Origin: Gemmatimonadales bacterium | GTDB lineage: Bacteria > Gemmatimonadota > Gemmatimonadetes > Gemmatimonadales > GWC2-71-9 | Direction: 5' to 3' | NCBI GenBank assembly: GCA_965249575.1 | Contig: OZ252244.1 | Location: 1,280,001-1,344,000, forward strand | Length of the DNA: 64,000 nt | In this document: in pieces, positions 40,849 to 50,879 of the stretch | How the letters are laid out: every line of letters starts with the position of its first letter | Position numbering within the stretch: position 1 is the first letter of the stretch | The notes under the pieces: generated by a model | Seen by the model: the letters and a program-made list of their open reading frames with translations, nothing else | Told to the model about the DNA's origin: nothing | Databases searched by the model: none | Made by a program: the position numbers and the translations under genes

Positions 40849-42224
40849 TATCTGACGCTCACCTGTACCGGCGCACCCTCCGGGCCGTTGTCCCAGTCCT
40901 GGACGCTGGAGACATTCGGCATGCCCCATTGATGGCCGTTCCAACCATCAAAGCCGTCCATCTTGAATGCCCAGAACCCGGTTTTGAAATCGCTCAGCAC
41001 GATGAGCCCGTCCGCATTCCGCACATCGACGCCAAACGCACCGTTCGAGACCCCGGTTCCGCTGTCCGGATCGCGAAAACCACCATACCCGTGCTGGTTC
41101 GGTCCGTCATACGAATCGTAATAGCCTACCGTGTACGGATTCGTGGGGTCCATCATGTTGAAGATCTGAAGCCCATCCTCGTAGTGCGACACGAAGACGT
41201 ACGGCCACCGAACCTCATGGTTGTGCGCCAGCCCCTGCCAGCGCGCGGTCCATGCCCCGATCGGACGCGAGATGGTCTTGACCTCGCCGTCGAGACCCGG
41301 CTTCAGGTCGAAGATCCTGAGCGGCGCGTATTGGTACTCGGCTTCTGCCACCGCGTATCGAGCGTCCGGGGTGGGAGTGAACGTGTGAGCGATGTAGATG
41401 CCGGCCGCGCCGGTGATGGAAGTGATGAGATCGGGTTCCTCGGGCGTCGTCACATCGAACACGTAATAACCCACGAATCCCGCCCCGTAGAATTTGTCCT
41501 GCCGAGTGGCTGCGTCGTAGGCGACGTAGAAGTCGTGGTACCCGCGCCAACGATCGGCACTCCCCGCCCCGGGGTTCGGGATACGGGCAACGAGTCCCTG
41601 ATTCCCCTCGCCACCAAGAAACTGCTCCATGTCGTATACGTTCGCATAGTTCGCAGCCGCGGTCGTGAACAGCAGAACCCGGCCGGTCGAGTGTTTGTAC
41701 GTGTAGATGTTGTGGTACCCTCCGGGTGCGTCCGGAGAGCGGATGCGACCAACTTCCTTCACGCCGGAGACATCGGGCAGGCTTGTAACGTCGAGTACAA
41801 CAGCACCCATGTCAGCGTCCGGTCCGCTCTGGCCGAACTGAAACGACTGGACGTCGTAGTAACGCCCGTTGTGCTTGAAGTACTTGTTGTCCATCCCGCC
41901 GTTCCCCTCGTGGAGTTCGGCGTTCTCGATGCGCCAGGAGTAGATCACGTTCGCCTTCTCGGGATCCCTGATGTCGATGACGTCCGTTCCGTGAACCAGC
42001 ATCCGTGAGACGTAGACGTACGGACGCGACAACTCCTGCTCCATCTCGATGTCTGCAGTGCTGAATGACCGCCCCATTGGGAGATGGGACACGATGTGGA
42101 CGTTGCGGCTGCCCTGTTCCCCCGGAGGAGGATGTTGCGCCTTCGCGGTGTCGACGCCGACCGCAATCGTGATAAACGACAACACGGTTGTGGTGGTCAC
42201 CGTCGAACGCTGCAGGTAGGTCAT
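40848..42224 (-). CDS. Secreted 4-His beta-propeller paralogue P10
   Basis: Probable ATG at 42224; AKA-Q signal; family motifs. Confidence 0.88.
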   Translation of the reverse strand: MTYLQRSTVTTTTVLSFITIAVGVDTAKAQHPPPGEQGSRNVHIVSHLPMGRSFSTADIEMEQELSRPYVYVSRMLVHGTDVIDIRDPEKANVIYSWRIENAELHEGNGGMDNKYFKHNGRYYDVQSFQFGQSGPDADMGAVVLDVTSLPDVSGVKEVGRIRSPDAPGGYHNIYTYKHSTGRVLLFTTAAANYANVYDMEQFLGGEGNQGLVARIPNPGAGSADRWRGYHDFYVAYDAATRQDKFYGAGFVGYYVFDVTTPEEPDLITSITGAAGIYIAHTFTPTPDARYAVAEAEYQYAPLRIFDLKPGLDGEVKTISRPIGAWTARWQGLAHNHEVRWPYVFVSHYEDGLQIFNMMDPTNPYTVGYYDSYDGPNQHGYGGFRDPDSGTGVSNGAFGVDVRNADGLIVLSDFKTGFWAFKMDGFDGWNGHQWGMPNVSSVQDWDNGPEGAPVQVSVR

Positions 42225-42261
42225 TGAACCGATCCTGTTGAAGTATGAAAGAAGATTCCGC

Positions 42262-42769
42262 CTAGCGTCCGCCGAATCCAAGCAGGGCCGCTGGAATCGC
42301 CACGGCCAACCAGCCGAGCCCGGCGGTGAGAACCGCCTTGCCGGTTCCGAAGTCGAGTGCCTGTCGGATCGCGATGATACCGGCTACCAGGACCCAGACG
42401 GCCACCACCAGGCGGACGATCCCCCCGATCACGGGGAGGAACGCCAGCACCACCAAGATGCCCGGCGTCTGCGCGAATCCCAGGGTCCGGAGCAGTTCGC
42501 CCCACGTGGCGGTCCCCCCCAACAACTTGTCCCCGATCAGGTACGTCACGCCCGCCCACACGAGCCATCCCAACAGGGCCGACACGGGGCCTCCGATGAG
42601 CCCTGCTCCACCCTGCCCCGCCCCCCGCGATCGCCTGGGCGATTGCCACGATGACGACCACGCTAGCTGCCTGGGCCGTAGCAGTCGCGTCTGCCTCGAC
42701 CTCCTCGTACGTGTCGACGCTCAGCATTGCCGCGCCCTTCATGCGCTCGACCATCGAGTGTTGTGTCAT
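42262..42769 (-). pseudogene. YIP1-family membrane protein with one frameshift in a G run (~42621-42626)
   Basis: ERMKGAAML-YEEVEAD-ATAQA continues in another frame as LIGGPVSALLGWLVW...LRTLGFAQTPG...AIRQALD. Confidence 0.75.
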
Positions 42770-42806
42770 GAGACCTCCTGCGAGAGAACGGAGCCCTCCC
42801 CGCTCT

Positions 42807-44180
42807 TCAGCTCACCGGCGTTGACGCCCCGTCCGGTCCATTATCCCAATCTTGCACGCTGGAAATATTCGGCATCCCCCACTGGTGCCCGTTCCATCCA
42901 TCAAAGCCATCCATCTTGAAGGTCCAGAATCCCGTATACATGTCGCTCGCTACGATCAGACCGTCCGCGTTTCTCACATCGACTCCAAACGCGCCGTTGG
43001 CGACGCCGTCGCCGCCCTCGGGATTCTGCGCGCCTCCCCAACCACGCTGATGTGGACCGTCGTACGTGTCGTAATAGGCGACCGTATAGGGATTCGTCGG
43101 ATCCATCAAGTTGAACACGTACAGCCCGTCTTCGTAACCCGACACGAAGACGTACGGCCAGCGGACCTCAGTGTTGTGGGGCAACCCCTGCCATCTCGCC
43201 GTCCAGGCGCCGATCGGTCGGGCAATCGTTTTCACCTCGCCGTCCAGGCCCGGCTGCAGATCGAAGATCCTGAGAGGAGCGTACTGATACTCCGCCTCTG
43301 CCACGGCATACCGCCCGTCCGGTGTCGGCGTGAAGGTGTGCCCGCCCTGATTCGGTGACACGCCGGCGGCGCCGATGATCGAGGTGAGCAGCCTTGGGTT
43401 CTCGGGATCCGTAACGTCGTAGATGTGATACCCGCCGGCCCCCGGTCCATAGAATCTGTCCTGCCGAGTTGCGGGATCGTAGGCCACATAGAAATCGTGA
43501 TAGCCGCGGCCGGACCGATTGACCTGACCGAATGGGTTTTCCGGCACCGGCACCCGGCCGATCAGCCCGCCGTTGTCAGCCCCGGATACGAAGCGTTCCA
43601 TGTCGTAGACGTTGGCTTGGGGCCCGACGACCGTGGCAAAGAGCAGTACGCGGCCATCGGAATGTTTGTAAGCGAAGATATTGTGGAACCCTCCCGGCAA
43701 ATCCGGAGCGCGGATACGACCCACCTCGCGCACCGTCGCAGGATCGGGCAACCCAGTCACATCGAACACCACGGCTCCTAAGTCCGCATTCGGACTTCCC
43801 TGTAAGAGCTGAAGCGACTGTATGTCGTAGTAACGTCCGCGGAGTTTGAAGTACTTGTTGTCCAGCCCTCCGTATCCCAGGTGCAGTTCGGGATCCTCGA
43901 TCCGCCAGGTGAAGAGTGGCCGGGGTGCCTCGGGCTCGACGACACTCAGGATCGACAGCCCGGTCGAGTGGGTGATCCCGTGCATTCGCGCGACATACAC
44001 GTACGGGCGGGACATCTCCTGCTCGATTTCGACGTCGGCCACCGTGAACATCCGCCCGAGGGGGCGGTGGGCGAGCACTCGAACGTTTGAACTACCCTGG
44101 GCTCCCGGTGAGAATTGCGCAGCAAGTGGAGCCCCAAAGAGCACTCCGGCCCCGATCATGATTACGGATCGCCCGATCAA
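42807..44180 (-). CDS. Secreted 4-His beta-propeller paralogue P11
   Basis: AGGAGA RBS, TTG start; LAA-Q signal; family motifs. Confidence 0.9.
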   Translation of the reverse strand: MIGRSVIMIGAGVLFGAPLAAQFSPGAQGSSNVRVLAHRPLGRMFTVADVEIEQEMSRPYVYVARMHGITHSTGLSILSVVEPEAPRPLFTWRIEDPELHLGYGGLDNKYFKLRGRYYDIQSLQLLQGSPNADLGAVVFDVTGLPDPATVREVGRIRAPDLPGGFHNIFAYKHSDGRVLLFATVVGPQANVYDMERFVSGADNGGLIGRVPVPENPFGQVNRSGRGYHDFYVAYDPATRQDRFYGPGAGGYHIYDVTDPENPRLLTSIIGAAGVSPNQGGHTFTPTPDGRYAVAEAEYQYAPLRIFDLQPGLDGEVKTIARPIGAWTARWQGLPHNTEVRWPYVFVSGYEDGLYVFNLMDPTNPYTVAYYDTYDGPHQRGWGGAQNPEGGDGVANGAFGVDVRNADGLIVASDMYTGFWTFKMDGFDGWNGHQWGMPNISSVQDWDNGPDGASTPVS

Positions 44181-44197
44181 GTAGTTCTCCTGTCGAT

Positions 44198-45559
44198 TCA
44201 GCTCACCGGCGCCGGGCCACCATCCGGCCCCTTATCCCAATCCTGCGCCGACGAGACGTTGGGCATTCCCCATTGGTGGCCATTCCAACCCTCGAATCCG
44301 TCCATCCTGAACGCCCAAAACCCCGTGTACATGTCGCTGATGACGATGAGTCCATCTGCATTCCGGACATCGATTCCAAAGGCACCATTGGCCACACCGT
44401 CGCCCCCTTCCGGATTGTCGACACCGCCCCAGCCCCGTTGGTAGGGACCGCCATACGTCTCGTAGTACCCGACGGTATAGGGAGCTGTGGGATCCATCAT
44501 GTTGAAGATGTGCAATCCGTCCTCATAGCCCGACACGAACACGTACGGCCATCGGACCTCGTGATTGTGCGGGAGCCCCTGCCAGCGGGCGGTCCACGCG
44601 CCGATCGGCCGGGTGATGTTCCTGACTTCCTCGTCGAGGCCCGGCTTGAGATCGAACACCCTGAGGGGCTGGTACTGGTCTTCCGATTCACCGATGGCGT
44701 AACGGCCGTCCGGCATCGGGGTGAAGGTGTGCGCGTGATCGACACCCGCCGCACCCACGATCGACGTCAAGAGCTCTGGGGCTTCGGGCCGAGTCACGTC
44801 GTATACGTAAAAACCGGCGTACCCGGCGCCATAGAACTTGTCCTGCCTGCTGGCCGGATCGTACCCGATGTAGAAATCGTGGTACGCCCGTCCGTACCGT
44901 CCGACGCTGAATACCGAATCGGGACTCGGCATGTAACCGATCAATCCGTAGTTGCGAGCCCCGCTCAGGAAGCGCTCCAAATCGTAGACGTGCGCGTATG
45001 CCGACTGCGTCGTCATGAACAGCAGCGCTCGGCCAGTCGAGTGCTTGTACGCGTAGATGTTATGCGAACCGCCGGGGATGCCCGGGGATCTGATACGTCC
45101 GACCTCTTTGACGGCAGACGGATCGGGTAGACCGGTCACGTCGAAGACCACCGCCAGGAGATCCGCGTTCGGCCCACCCTGAAGCCACTGGAAGGACTGC
45201 ACGTCGTAGTAGCGGCCGTTCACTTTGAAATACTTGTTGTCCATCGCTCCGAACCCACGGTGCAGCTCGGGATTCTCGATCACCCAGCTGTACAGGACTG
45301 ACGCGGCGTCAGGATCCTTGAGGTCGATGATCGTTACGCCGGCCGAATGCGTGGTACCGTGCATCCGTGCCACGTAGGCAAACGGCCGAGATAGCTCCTG
45401 TTCAATCTCGATGTCAGTCACCGTGAAGCGGCGACCTAGAGGAAGGTGTGAGGCGATGTGGACGTTCGAGCTGCCCAGTGCCCCAGCGCGCTGCATCGCG
45501 ACGGCGGGAACCGTGTTCAACGGAATGAAAACCGCTGTCAGAATCGTTCGCGCGCGCAT
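44198..45559 (-). CDS. Secreted 4-His beta-propeller paralogue P12
   Basis: AGGAG RBS; signal peptide; family motifs (GSHN variant). Confidence 0.9.
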   Translation of the reverse strand: MRARTILTAVFIPLNTVPAVAMQRAGALGSSNVHIASHLPLGRRFTVTDIEIEQELSRPFAYVARMHGTTHSAGVTIIDLKDPDAASVLYSWVIENPELHRGFGAMDNKYFKVNGRYYDVQSFQWLQGGPNADLLAVVFDVTGLPDPSAVKEVGRIRSPGIPGGSHNIYAYKHSTGRALLFMTTQSAYAHVYDLERFLSGARNYGLIGYMPSPDSVFSVGRYGRAYHDFYIGYDPASRQDKFYGAGYAGFYVYDVTRPEAPELLTSIVGAAGVDHAHTFTPMPDGRYAIGESEDQYQPLRVFDLKPGLDEEVRNITRPIGAWTARWQGLPHNHEVRWPYVFVSGYEDGLHIFNMMDPTAPYTVGYYETYGGPYQRGWGGVDNPEGGDGVANGAFGIDVRNADGLIVISDMYTGFWAFRMDGFEGWNGHQWGMPNVSSAQDWDKGPDGGPAPVS

Positions 45560-46137
45560 GAGTGCTCCTGCTTGTGGGGAGGGTCGGGGCGTAAGCTCGA
45601 GATGTGGATGCGCGCCCCGAACGACCCGCCCCGTCGTCGATCGCCGTACGCTTCCGCTCCGCAGGGGAACTAACCTGGGGCAATGTGCCGGCGGAGCAGG
45701 ATGTCCGCAAGGAAGAACGGCCGTTCCCGAGCCGACACCTCACAAGGAACTCACCTAACCTTCACTCCCCCGAAACAATAGAAGGGGTGGCCGGCGACGG
45801 CGGGATGCTCAGTGGGTGAGCATTATGGCCGGCCCATGCTCGAGGAATTCAGGGGACCAGCGAGTGGATACGACCCGTGCGGATTCTGAACTTCGAGCGG
45901 CTATCGAGACCCGTCATCGCATCGATGTCATTCGAGACAAGGCCGTAGCTTGCCTCGAAGGACCCCTCGCCACGATCCCCGCCCGATATCCAAGCGCTCA
46001 TCCGGGGCCTTCGAAAACACGAGAGCGCCGAAACCGAGCTGCTTACCGATCCGGCACTGACGGGGCTGGGGACGAGGGACTGACCTGAACGTCTCCGCAC
46101 CAGGCACCGCGCACGAAGCGGATCCCGAGCGTGTTAC

Positions 46138-48957
46138 CTACTGATACTCGACGGTAAGTGTGATAGTGTTCGTGTACTCACCACCCGCGGCGCCGACGGG
46201 AGGGGATACGGTGCCACCGATGTCTACTTGCAGGAAACCGCTCGCGGTGGTCGGACTGAAGTTGATGGGGGCCGACGGGTCGAACGTCCCCACTATTACC
46301 GGAACGTCGCCCTCTTGGAGAGCCGTTGAGGCAGGACCAAACGTGATCGGGATTGAGCCCCCTGCTCCGTCCAGGGTCGTAGGGAGCGTGAAGGTGAGTA
46401 TCAGGTCAAAGAACGGCTCGGACGAGACCTGCATCCTCCCGGCACCCGCGTCGAAGGGCTGCACTGTCGTATTGGTCCCGGCGCTCACGGTACCGAACTC
46501 GAGATCCGTGATCGGTGTAACCACGAGCGGAGCGACTGGAGCGACCCTGGCATTGGCTTCGATTGAGCCGGCCTGGGCAAGGGCCGGCGCAGCCCCGGTT
46601 CCAAGAAGCAGCAGTCCCACCAGTGGCGTCCGAAGCAGAACCTGCACCCCCGGTAGGCCCTGGCCGTCCATGACCACCCCACCGCTGATCTCGGCACCCA
46701 TCACTACCGGGATCTCCACCGATTGAAAGCTGTTGGGTGTTGGAATGACCTCGACGACTCTCGTCGGTAACACGAGGAACGGATTGTCGAACGCCAGGGA
46801 ATCGACCTCTATATAGGAAGGCTCGAAGGGGAATAGGTTCCAGGCGGAAAAGCGGCCGGCCTCGTCGGTGAGCTCTGTCCACCCCCCGACGCGTACGGGG
46901 TGGCCGGGGATTCCCTGTTCCCCAGGGTCCCGAGCTCCGTTGCCGTTCGTATCCAGAAACAGCGTGCCGGTGACCCCCGCACGGCCAAGGTCGCGGCCGT
47001 CCCCCCACCGCACCTGTTGCGCACTCCGATCCCACAGGATCGACCCGTCGATGAACTGCACACCGTCCGACCCGGCGCCGGTCGTGAACCGATTTCGGCT
47101 CCCGAACCTCGGGCCCGGCAGCACCGTATTGAACCCGATGTCGAGCGCCAGTCCTCCCATGTCCTTGAGCCATCCAAGGCCCAGCTCGAGCCGCACGGCC
47201 CGGCCAACCCGACGCCCGGCTCCAGCCCGGATTGCGGAGATGCCCCGCGAAACGTCGAAGGTGATGCCGCCCCGGACGGTCGTTGCCCGAAGCCACTCTG
47301 AGCGGGCACGAAGCACGAGGTCGGAATCGAGGTCGACGAGCGTCTGGGTCATGGGTATCAAGCCGGGCCGGCCGACGCGGTTGCGCCGGAGGTTGAGACT
47401 CTGGCGCAGGTTCCCGAACCGGCCGGTGACCGAGATTCGCTGTGAGCTGCGATTCATTACCGGGCCGGACGCAAAGAGGCCAGATACTTGGAGGTACAGT
47501 GCGCCGGGGAGCTCGTCCGGGCGCCAGAAGAGCATGCCTTCTGTGCGTCGCGATTCGAGTAACGCTCCGGTGAAGGTGGCACCGTCGGCGTCGAACTCCG
47601 TATGGGCGAAGTCGAGTCGGAAGTCCGGTGTCGGCTCGAACTCCGTCCGCGCCCGAAGAAACCCGTTCACCACGACCTCACCAGTGACGCTCAAAGCCGG
47701 AATCGGCGCAGCCGACACGATGGCATAGGGCTGGAACAAATCGCCCCCGGCTTCACGAAAATAGATATCGGATCCACCCTCGGCGGTGACCTTACTGCTC
47801 AACCCATAACGAAGGTCAGCCATGACGGAGCCGGTGCATGGATCAAAGCGGCATTGCCCTCCCGAAATGGAATACTCGAGCTCTCTCTCCGGGAGCCGAC
47901 TGAAGGGAACACGGATCGTCCGGCGGCGGCTCACGACCTGACCTCTCGGTCCGTACAGCACCATGTCGAATGGATTCGATCCGTAGCGAAGTGGCAGCGC
48001 AACCCGGAAATCGCCTAATGGATCCACCTCCCCAAAATCGAGGAGCCCACGGCTGTCGTAGAGCTCAACTTCCCATCCCGGGGGGAGGCGGCCGACGACT
48101 TCCTCAATGTCGAACTCCGACGCCCGAATGAACGGCTCATTCGTCACCACGATCCCGCGCACGAAACGAGAGCGCCGCCCCCCCGACGACACATCTCCCG
48201 CCCGTACCTGGCGCACCCACCGCTGCTCGGGCCATGCCCGTTCCCACGAGGCCCTCGTGGTGGCGCGCGTAAGGCCCGACACCCGATTGAGCTGGTGTCG
48301 GATCTCGATGCTACCCCCGAACAACTTCGCGCCCAATCCCAGGTCGACCGAGGAATTGTCGATCGGCGCGTCGGTTGCCGACGTGACCGACCATTCTAGA
48401 ACGGCCCCATCGGCCACGGTCTCCCGCACTCGAGCGGGTGTGGCCCTCGGCGGCGCCGGACGCGGGCGGAGGGCGATCGCCCGTTGTCGCTCCCGTCGTG
48501 CACGTCGCACCACGGGGAGCCCGCCGGTATTGCCGAAAACGACCGCAAGCTCCTCCCAGTCGACCCGGCCGACGACGCCGAGGGCCCGTCCGAGGGTCGC
48601 AACCGACACGAACAGATCCCCGGACTCCCATAGCGCATCGAGGGAATCGAGTGGAACGACCGAGTCCCCCACAACCAGCCGGCCACTGTCGGTCTGGAAG
48701 CGGATAGGGATGTCGGCCGGCTCGAGGACGGCCGCCAGGTAACGACCCTCTCGTGATTCATCGACACCGATTTCGGCCATCTCGAAGACCTGCGCAACCG
48801 GCAGCAGGAGAACGGAGTCCGCCGCGAGCGCGGGCAGCACCGCGGATGGTCCGCGCTGCAGATCCACTCGCACGACCGCCTCAACGACCACCGGTTCTTG
48901 GGCGCCGGCAGGATGAGCGCGCGCGCCCGCGCACACCCCGGCCGCCGCGACGCACAT
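46138..48957 (-). CDS. Usher-like outer-membrane pilus assembly protein fused in frame (~46630) to a DUF4402 pilin that retains its own signal peptide
   Basis: AGA-Q signal; LPPGWEVELY, LRYGSN-VLYGPRGQ and SdrD-like GTLFLDTNGNG; then LVGLLLLGTGAAPALA-Q, DLEFGTV and GEYTNTITLTVEY. Confidence 0.65.
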   Translation of the reverse strand: MCVAAAGVCAGARAHPAGAQEPVVVEAVVRVDLQRGPSAVLPALAADSVLLLPVAQVFEMAEIGVDESREGRYLAAVLEPADIPIRFQTDSGRLVVGDSVVPLDSLDALWESGDLFVSVATLGRALGVVGRVDWEELAVVFGNTGGLPVVRRARRERQRAIALRPRPAPPRATPARVRETVADGAVLEWSVTSATDAPIDNSSVDLGLGAKLFGGSIEIRHQLNRVSGLTRATTRASWERAWPEQRWVRQVRAGDVSSGGRRSRFVRGIVVTNEPFIRASEFDIEEVVGRLPPGWEVELYDSRGLLDFGEVDPLGDFRVALPLRYGSNPFDMVLYGPRGQVVSRRRTIRVPFSRLPERELEYSISGGQCRFDPCTGSVMADLRYGLSSKVTAEGGSDIYFREAGGDLFQPYAIVSAAPIPALSVTGEVVVNGFLRARTEFEPTPDFRLDFAHTEFDADGATFTGALLESRRTEGMLFWRPDELPGALYLQVSGLFASGPVMNRSSQRISVTGRFGNLRQSLNLRRNRVGRPGLIPMTQTLVDLDSDLVLRARSEWLRATTVRGGITFDVSRGISAIRAGAGRRVGRAVRLELGLGWLKDMGGLALDIGFNTVLPGPRFGSRNRFTTGAGSDGVQFIDGSILWDRSAQQVRWGDGRDLGRAGVTGTLFLDTNGNGARDPGEQGIPGHPVRVGGWTELTDEAGRFSAWNLFPFEPSYIEVDSLAFDNPFLVLPTRVVEVIPTPNSFQSVEIPVVMGAEISGGVVMDGQGLPGVQVLLRTPLVGLLLLGTGAAPALAQAGSIEANARVAPVAPLVVTPITDLEFGTVSAGTNTTVQPFDAGAGRMQVSSEPFFDLILTFTLPTTLDGAGGSIPITFGPASTALQEGDVPVIVGTFDPSAPINFSPTTASGFLQVDIGGTVSPPVGAAGGEYTNTITLTVEYQ

Positions 48958-49566
48958 CAGTAACCGAACGTTCAGAGAACGGGCGAGGCGACGACGGACG
49001 GCTGCGTCTTGTCAGGCACGACCGTTCCACCGAGTCGGATGTACATCTCTCCCTCCTCGCGTCCGTCCTTCGTCGGCTCCGAGCGTCACCACCAGTGGCT
49101 GACGGGGATCGAACGAAACGCTCAGGCGATGGCTTGGAGCGGGCGACCATGAAGCGTCGCCCGGTCCGAACGCCAGCGGCATGCCACGCCCTGTCTCGGG
49201 CGCGACCATCGCCGACGGGAACAGAAAATCGATTCGTATCTCCGCACCGTTGGTCCCCCGAATTTCGAACTGGCCAGCGCGCCTCATGTCGTCACGGGAG
49301 ACCGTGCTTGGCAACCCCCGAAGTACGTCTCCGAATTGGAGACTCTGGCGCCCGAGTACCACCAGCGGCACCGAAGGAACCACGGACGGTGGCGGTGGCG
49401 ATTGGGCTTCCGCCCTCCCACCGACGGCCACCACAGCGGCGAGCAGCTGAACTCGCCACGAAGACCCTGCCTTCAACCTTCGGGCCAGCGTCGCGAACGC
49501 CCGGCGGCAAAAAGGCAGCGCCGGCGGCTGTTCAATCGTCCAGCCGCCGGCGCGTCGGTAGTCCAC
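48957..49566 (-). pseudogene. DUF4402-like pilin subunit, frameshifted near its 3' end
   Basis: AEA-Q signal; SLQFGDV, AGQFEIRG and SFDPRQP; YIRLGGTVVPDKTQP lies in another frame; TGATG overlap with the usher-like ATG; start uncertain. Confidence 0.6.
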
Positions 49567-49617
49567 TTCAGCCTTCTGCGTGATCTATTGGGCCTGGGTG
49601 GGGCCGAAGCGGATCTG

Positions 49618-50142
49618 CTAGTATTCAACCGTCATGGTGAGTATACCCATGTAGCTCCCCGTGACCGTGGCTACCGGAGGGCTGACTGTTCCGATGATAC
49701 CCACCGTGAGATTCCCCGTACCATCAATGCTCGTGCCAAAGGGAACGTTGGGATCGAACGACGTGAAAGTCGTCGGGAACGGGGCCCAAAGCAGACCGTC
49801 GGCAATACCAAACGAGATCGGGATAGTGGCCGTTCCAACGGTAATCGTCAGGACCGATGGAAGCGAGTATGTCACCGTCACCGGGAAGCTCGACTCGCCT
49901 GTGATGTCGAACCTACCGCCACCGACCGCGGCTGGTGTCGCGCTCGCGCCGGCCGCCACCGACCCGAAGTTGAGATCATTGGCCTTCGTCGCTGTCAGGG
50001 GCGCGATTCCCGCTACGCTTGCCAGGACGTCCGCCGATGCGTTGGCCGAGAGCTGGGCGCCAGCGCTCCCGGTGTGAATGGCGTTGTAGGCCAGGAGTGC
50101 GGCTGCCATCGCCACCGCACGCACCGTGGTGTTGCGGATCAT
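49618..50142 (-). CDS. DUF4402-like (Csu/spore coat U-type) pilin subunit
   Basis: GAGGAGG RBS; AGA-Q signal; DLNFGSV, SFDPNVP and GSYMGILTMTVEY. Confidence 0.75.
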   Translation of the reverse strand: MIRNTTVRAVAMAAALLAYNAIHTGSAGAQLSANASADVLASVAGIAPLTATKANDLNFGSVAAGASATPAAVGGGRFDITGESSFPVTVTYSLPSVLTITVGTATIPISFGIADGLLWAPFPTTFTSFDPNVPFGTSIDGTGNLTVGIIGTVSPPVATVTGSYMGILTMTVEY

Positions 50143-50465
50143 ACGATTCCTCCTCACGTAGTAACTGCACCTTTTCTACCGACCCCGAACGAGTCGCCTG
50201 AACGATGTGCCTCGCTCCGCTGACCATCGGCTTTGCAACTTCCGGCGCAACCCCGCCGCGGCTGCCCTACTAACCGCAGGTACCTGGCCTGTCAATGTGT
50301 TACGGGGCCAGACCAGAGTCGGGATCGGCCACTCGAACTGCCGCCGGCATCGTCGTGATCCCTCACTTGTAGCGCACTCGCAACAAGGGCCTGCCAGGCG
50401 CTCGCACTCAATGCGAGCCCCTTCCCGACCGATAACCGGGACTGAAGCTGTCGGAAAAGGGGTAA

Positions 50466-50855
50466 ATGGCTCTCGAGTTTGCGCGGCCGTTCATTCCACC
50501 CGCGCCGTCGTGGGTGCTGACCCTCGTCCTGGGCTCTGGAATCGCCCCGGGCGTCGCGCTCGCGCAGAACTCCGCATTTTCCACCATACGAGTTTCCGCA
50601 ACGGTGGTTCCTGCGGTCACCGTACGGGCGGACACGCTCTCGCTTCAGGGGGCCCCGCTTCTCACCAATGAGATCCCGGGCCAGCGGGAACCGACCATCC
50701 ATCGGGCATCGGATCCGACACTCGGCGTCGACCGGTTCCGGCCGGCAACGGCCTCAGCGGCCTCAGCGGCCCCGGACGCGCTCACCCGGATGCGCTTCGA
50801 TCGTGGGGGGACAGCCAATGGTCCACGTCTCACGGTCGAGTACGTAGTGAACTGA
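50466..50855 (+). CDS. Small secreted hypothetical protein, divergent from the pilin genes
   Basis: ALA-Q signal; IRVSATVV N-terminal strand and LTVEY C-terminal strand. Confidence 0.55.
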   Translation: MALEFARPFIPPAPSWVLTLVLGSGIAPGVALAQNSAFSTIRVSATVVPAVTVRADTLSLQGAPLLTNEIPGQREPTIHRASDPTLGVDRFRPATASAASAAPDALTRMRFDRGGTANGPRLTVEYVVN

Positions 50856-50879
50856 GCGCAGTCTGGCGGCGACGAATCG

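Noticed and set aside
7771..45130. Long plus-strand ORFs such as 7771-8805, 9176-10543, 20289-21689, 31041-32141 and 40929-42008
   Set aside because: Antisense shadows of the GC-rich paralogues; they recur only because the sense genes are similar and they carry no recognisable motifs
45560..46137. Small ORFs or a riboswitch upstream of P12
   Set aside because: Only a GC-rich inverted repeat at ~45581-45627; no recognisable RNA family or protein motif
50230..50400. Sigma-54 promoter upstream of the pilin genes
   Set aside because: The candidates (TGCGCC-N5-TTGC and TGGCAGGCCCTTGT on the minus strand) lack the -24 GG or the correct spacing
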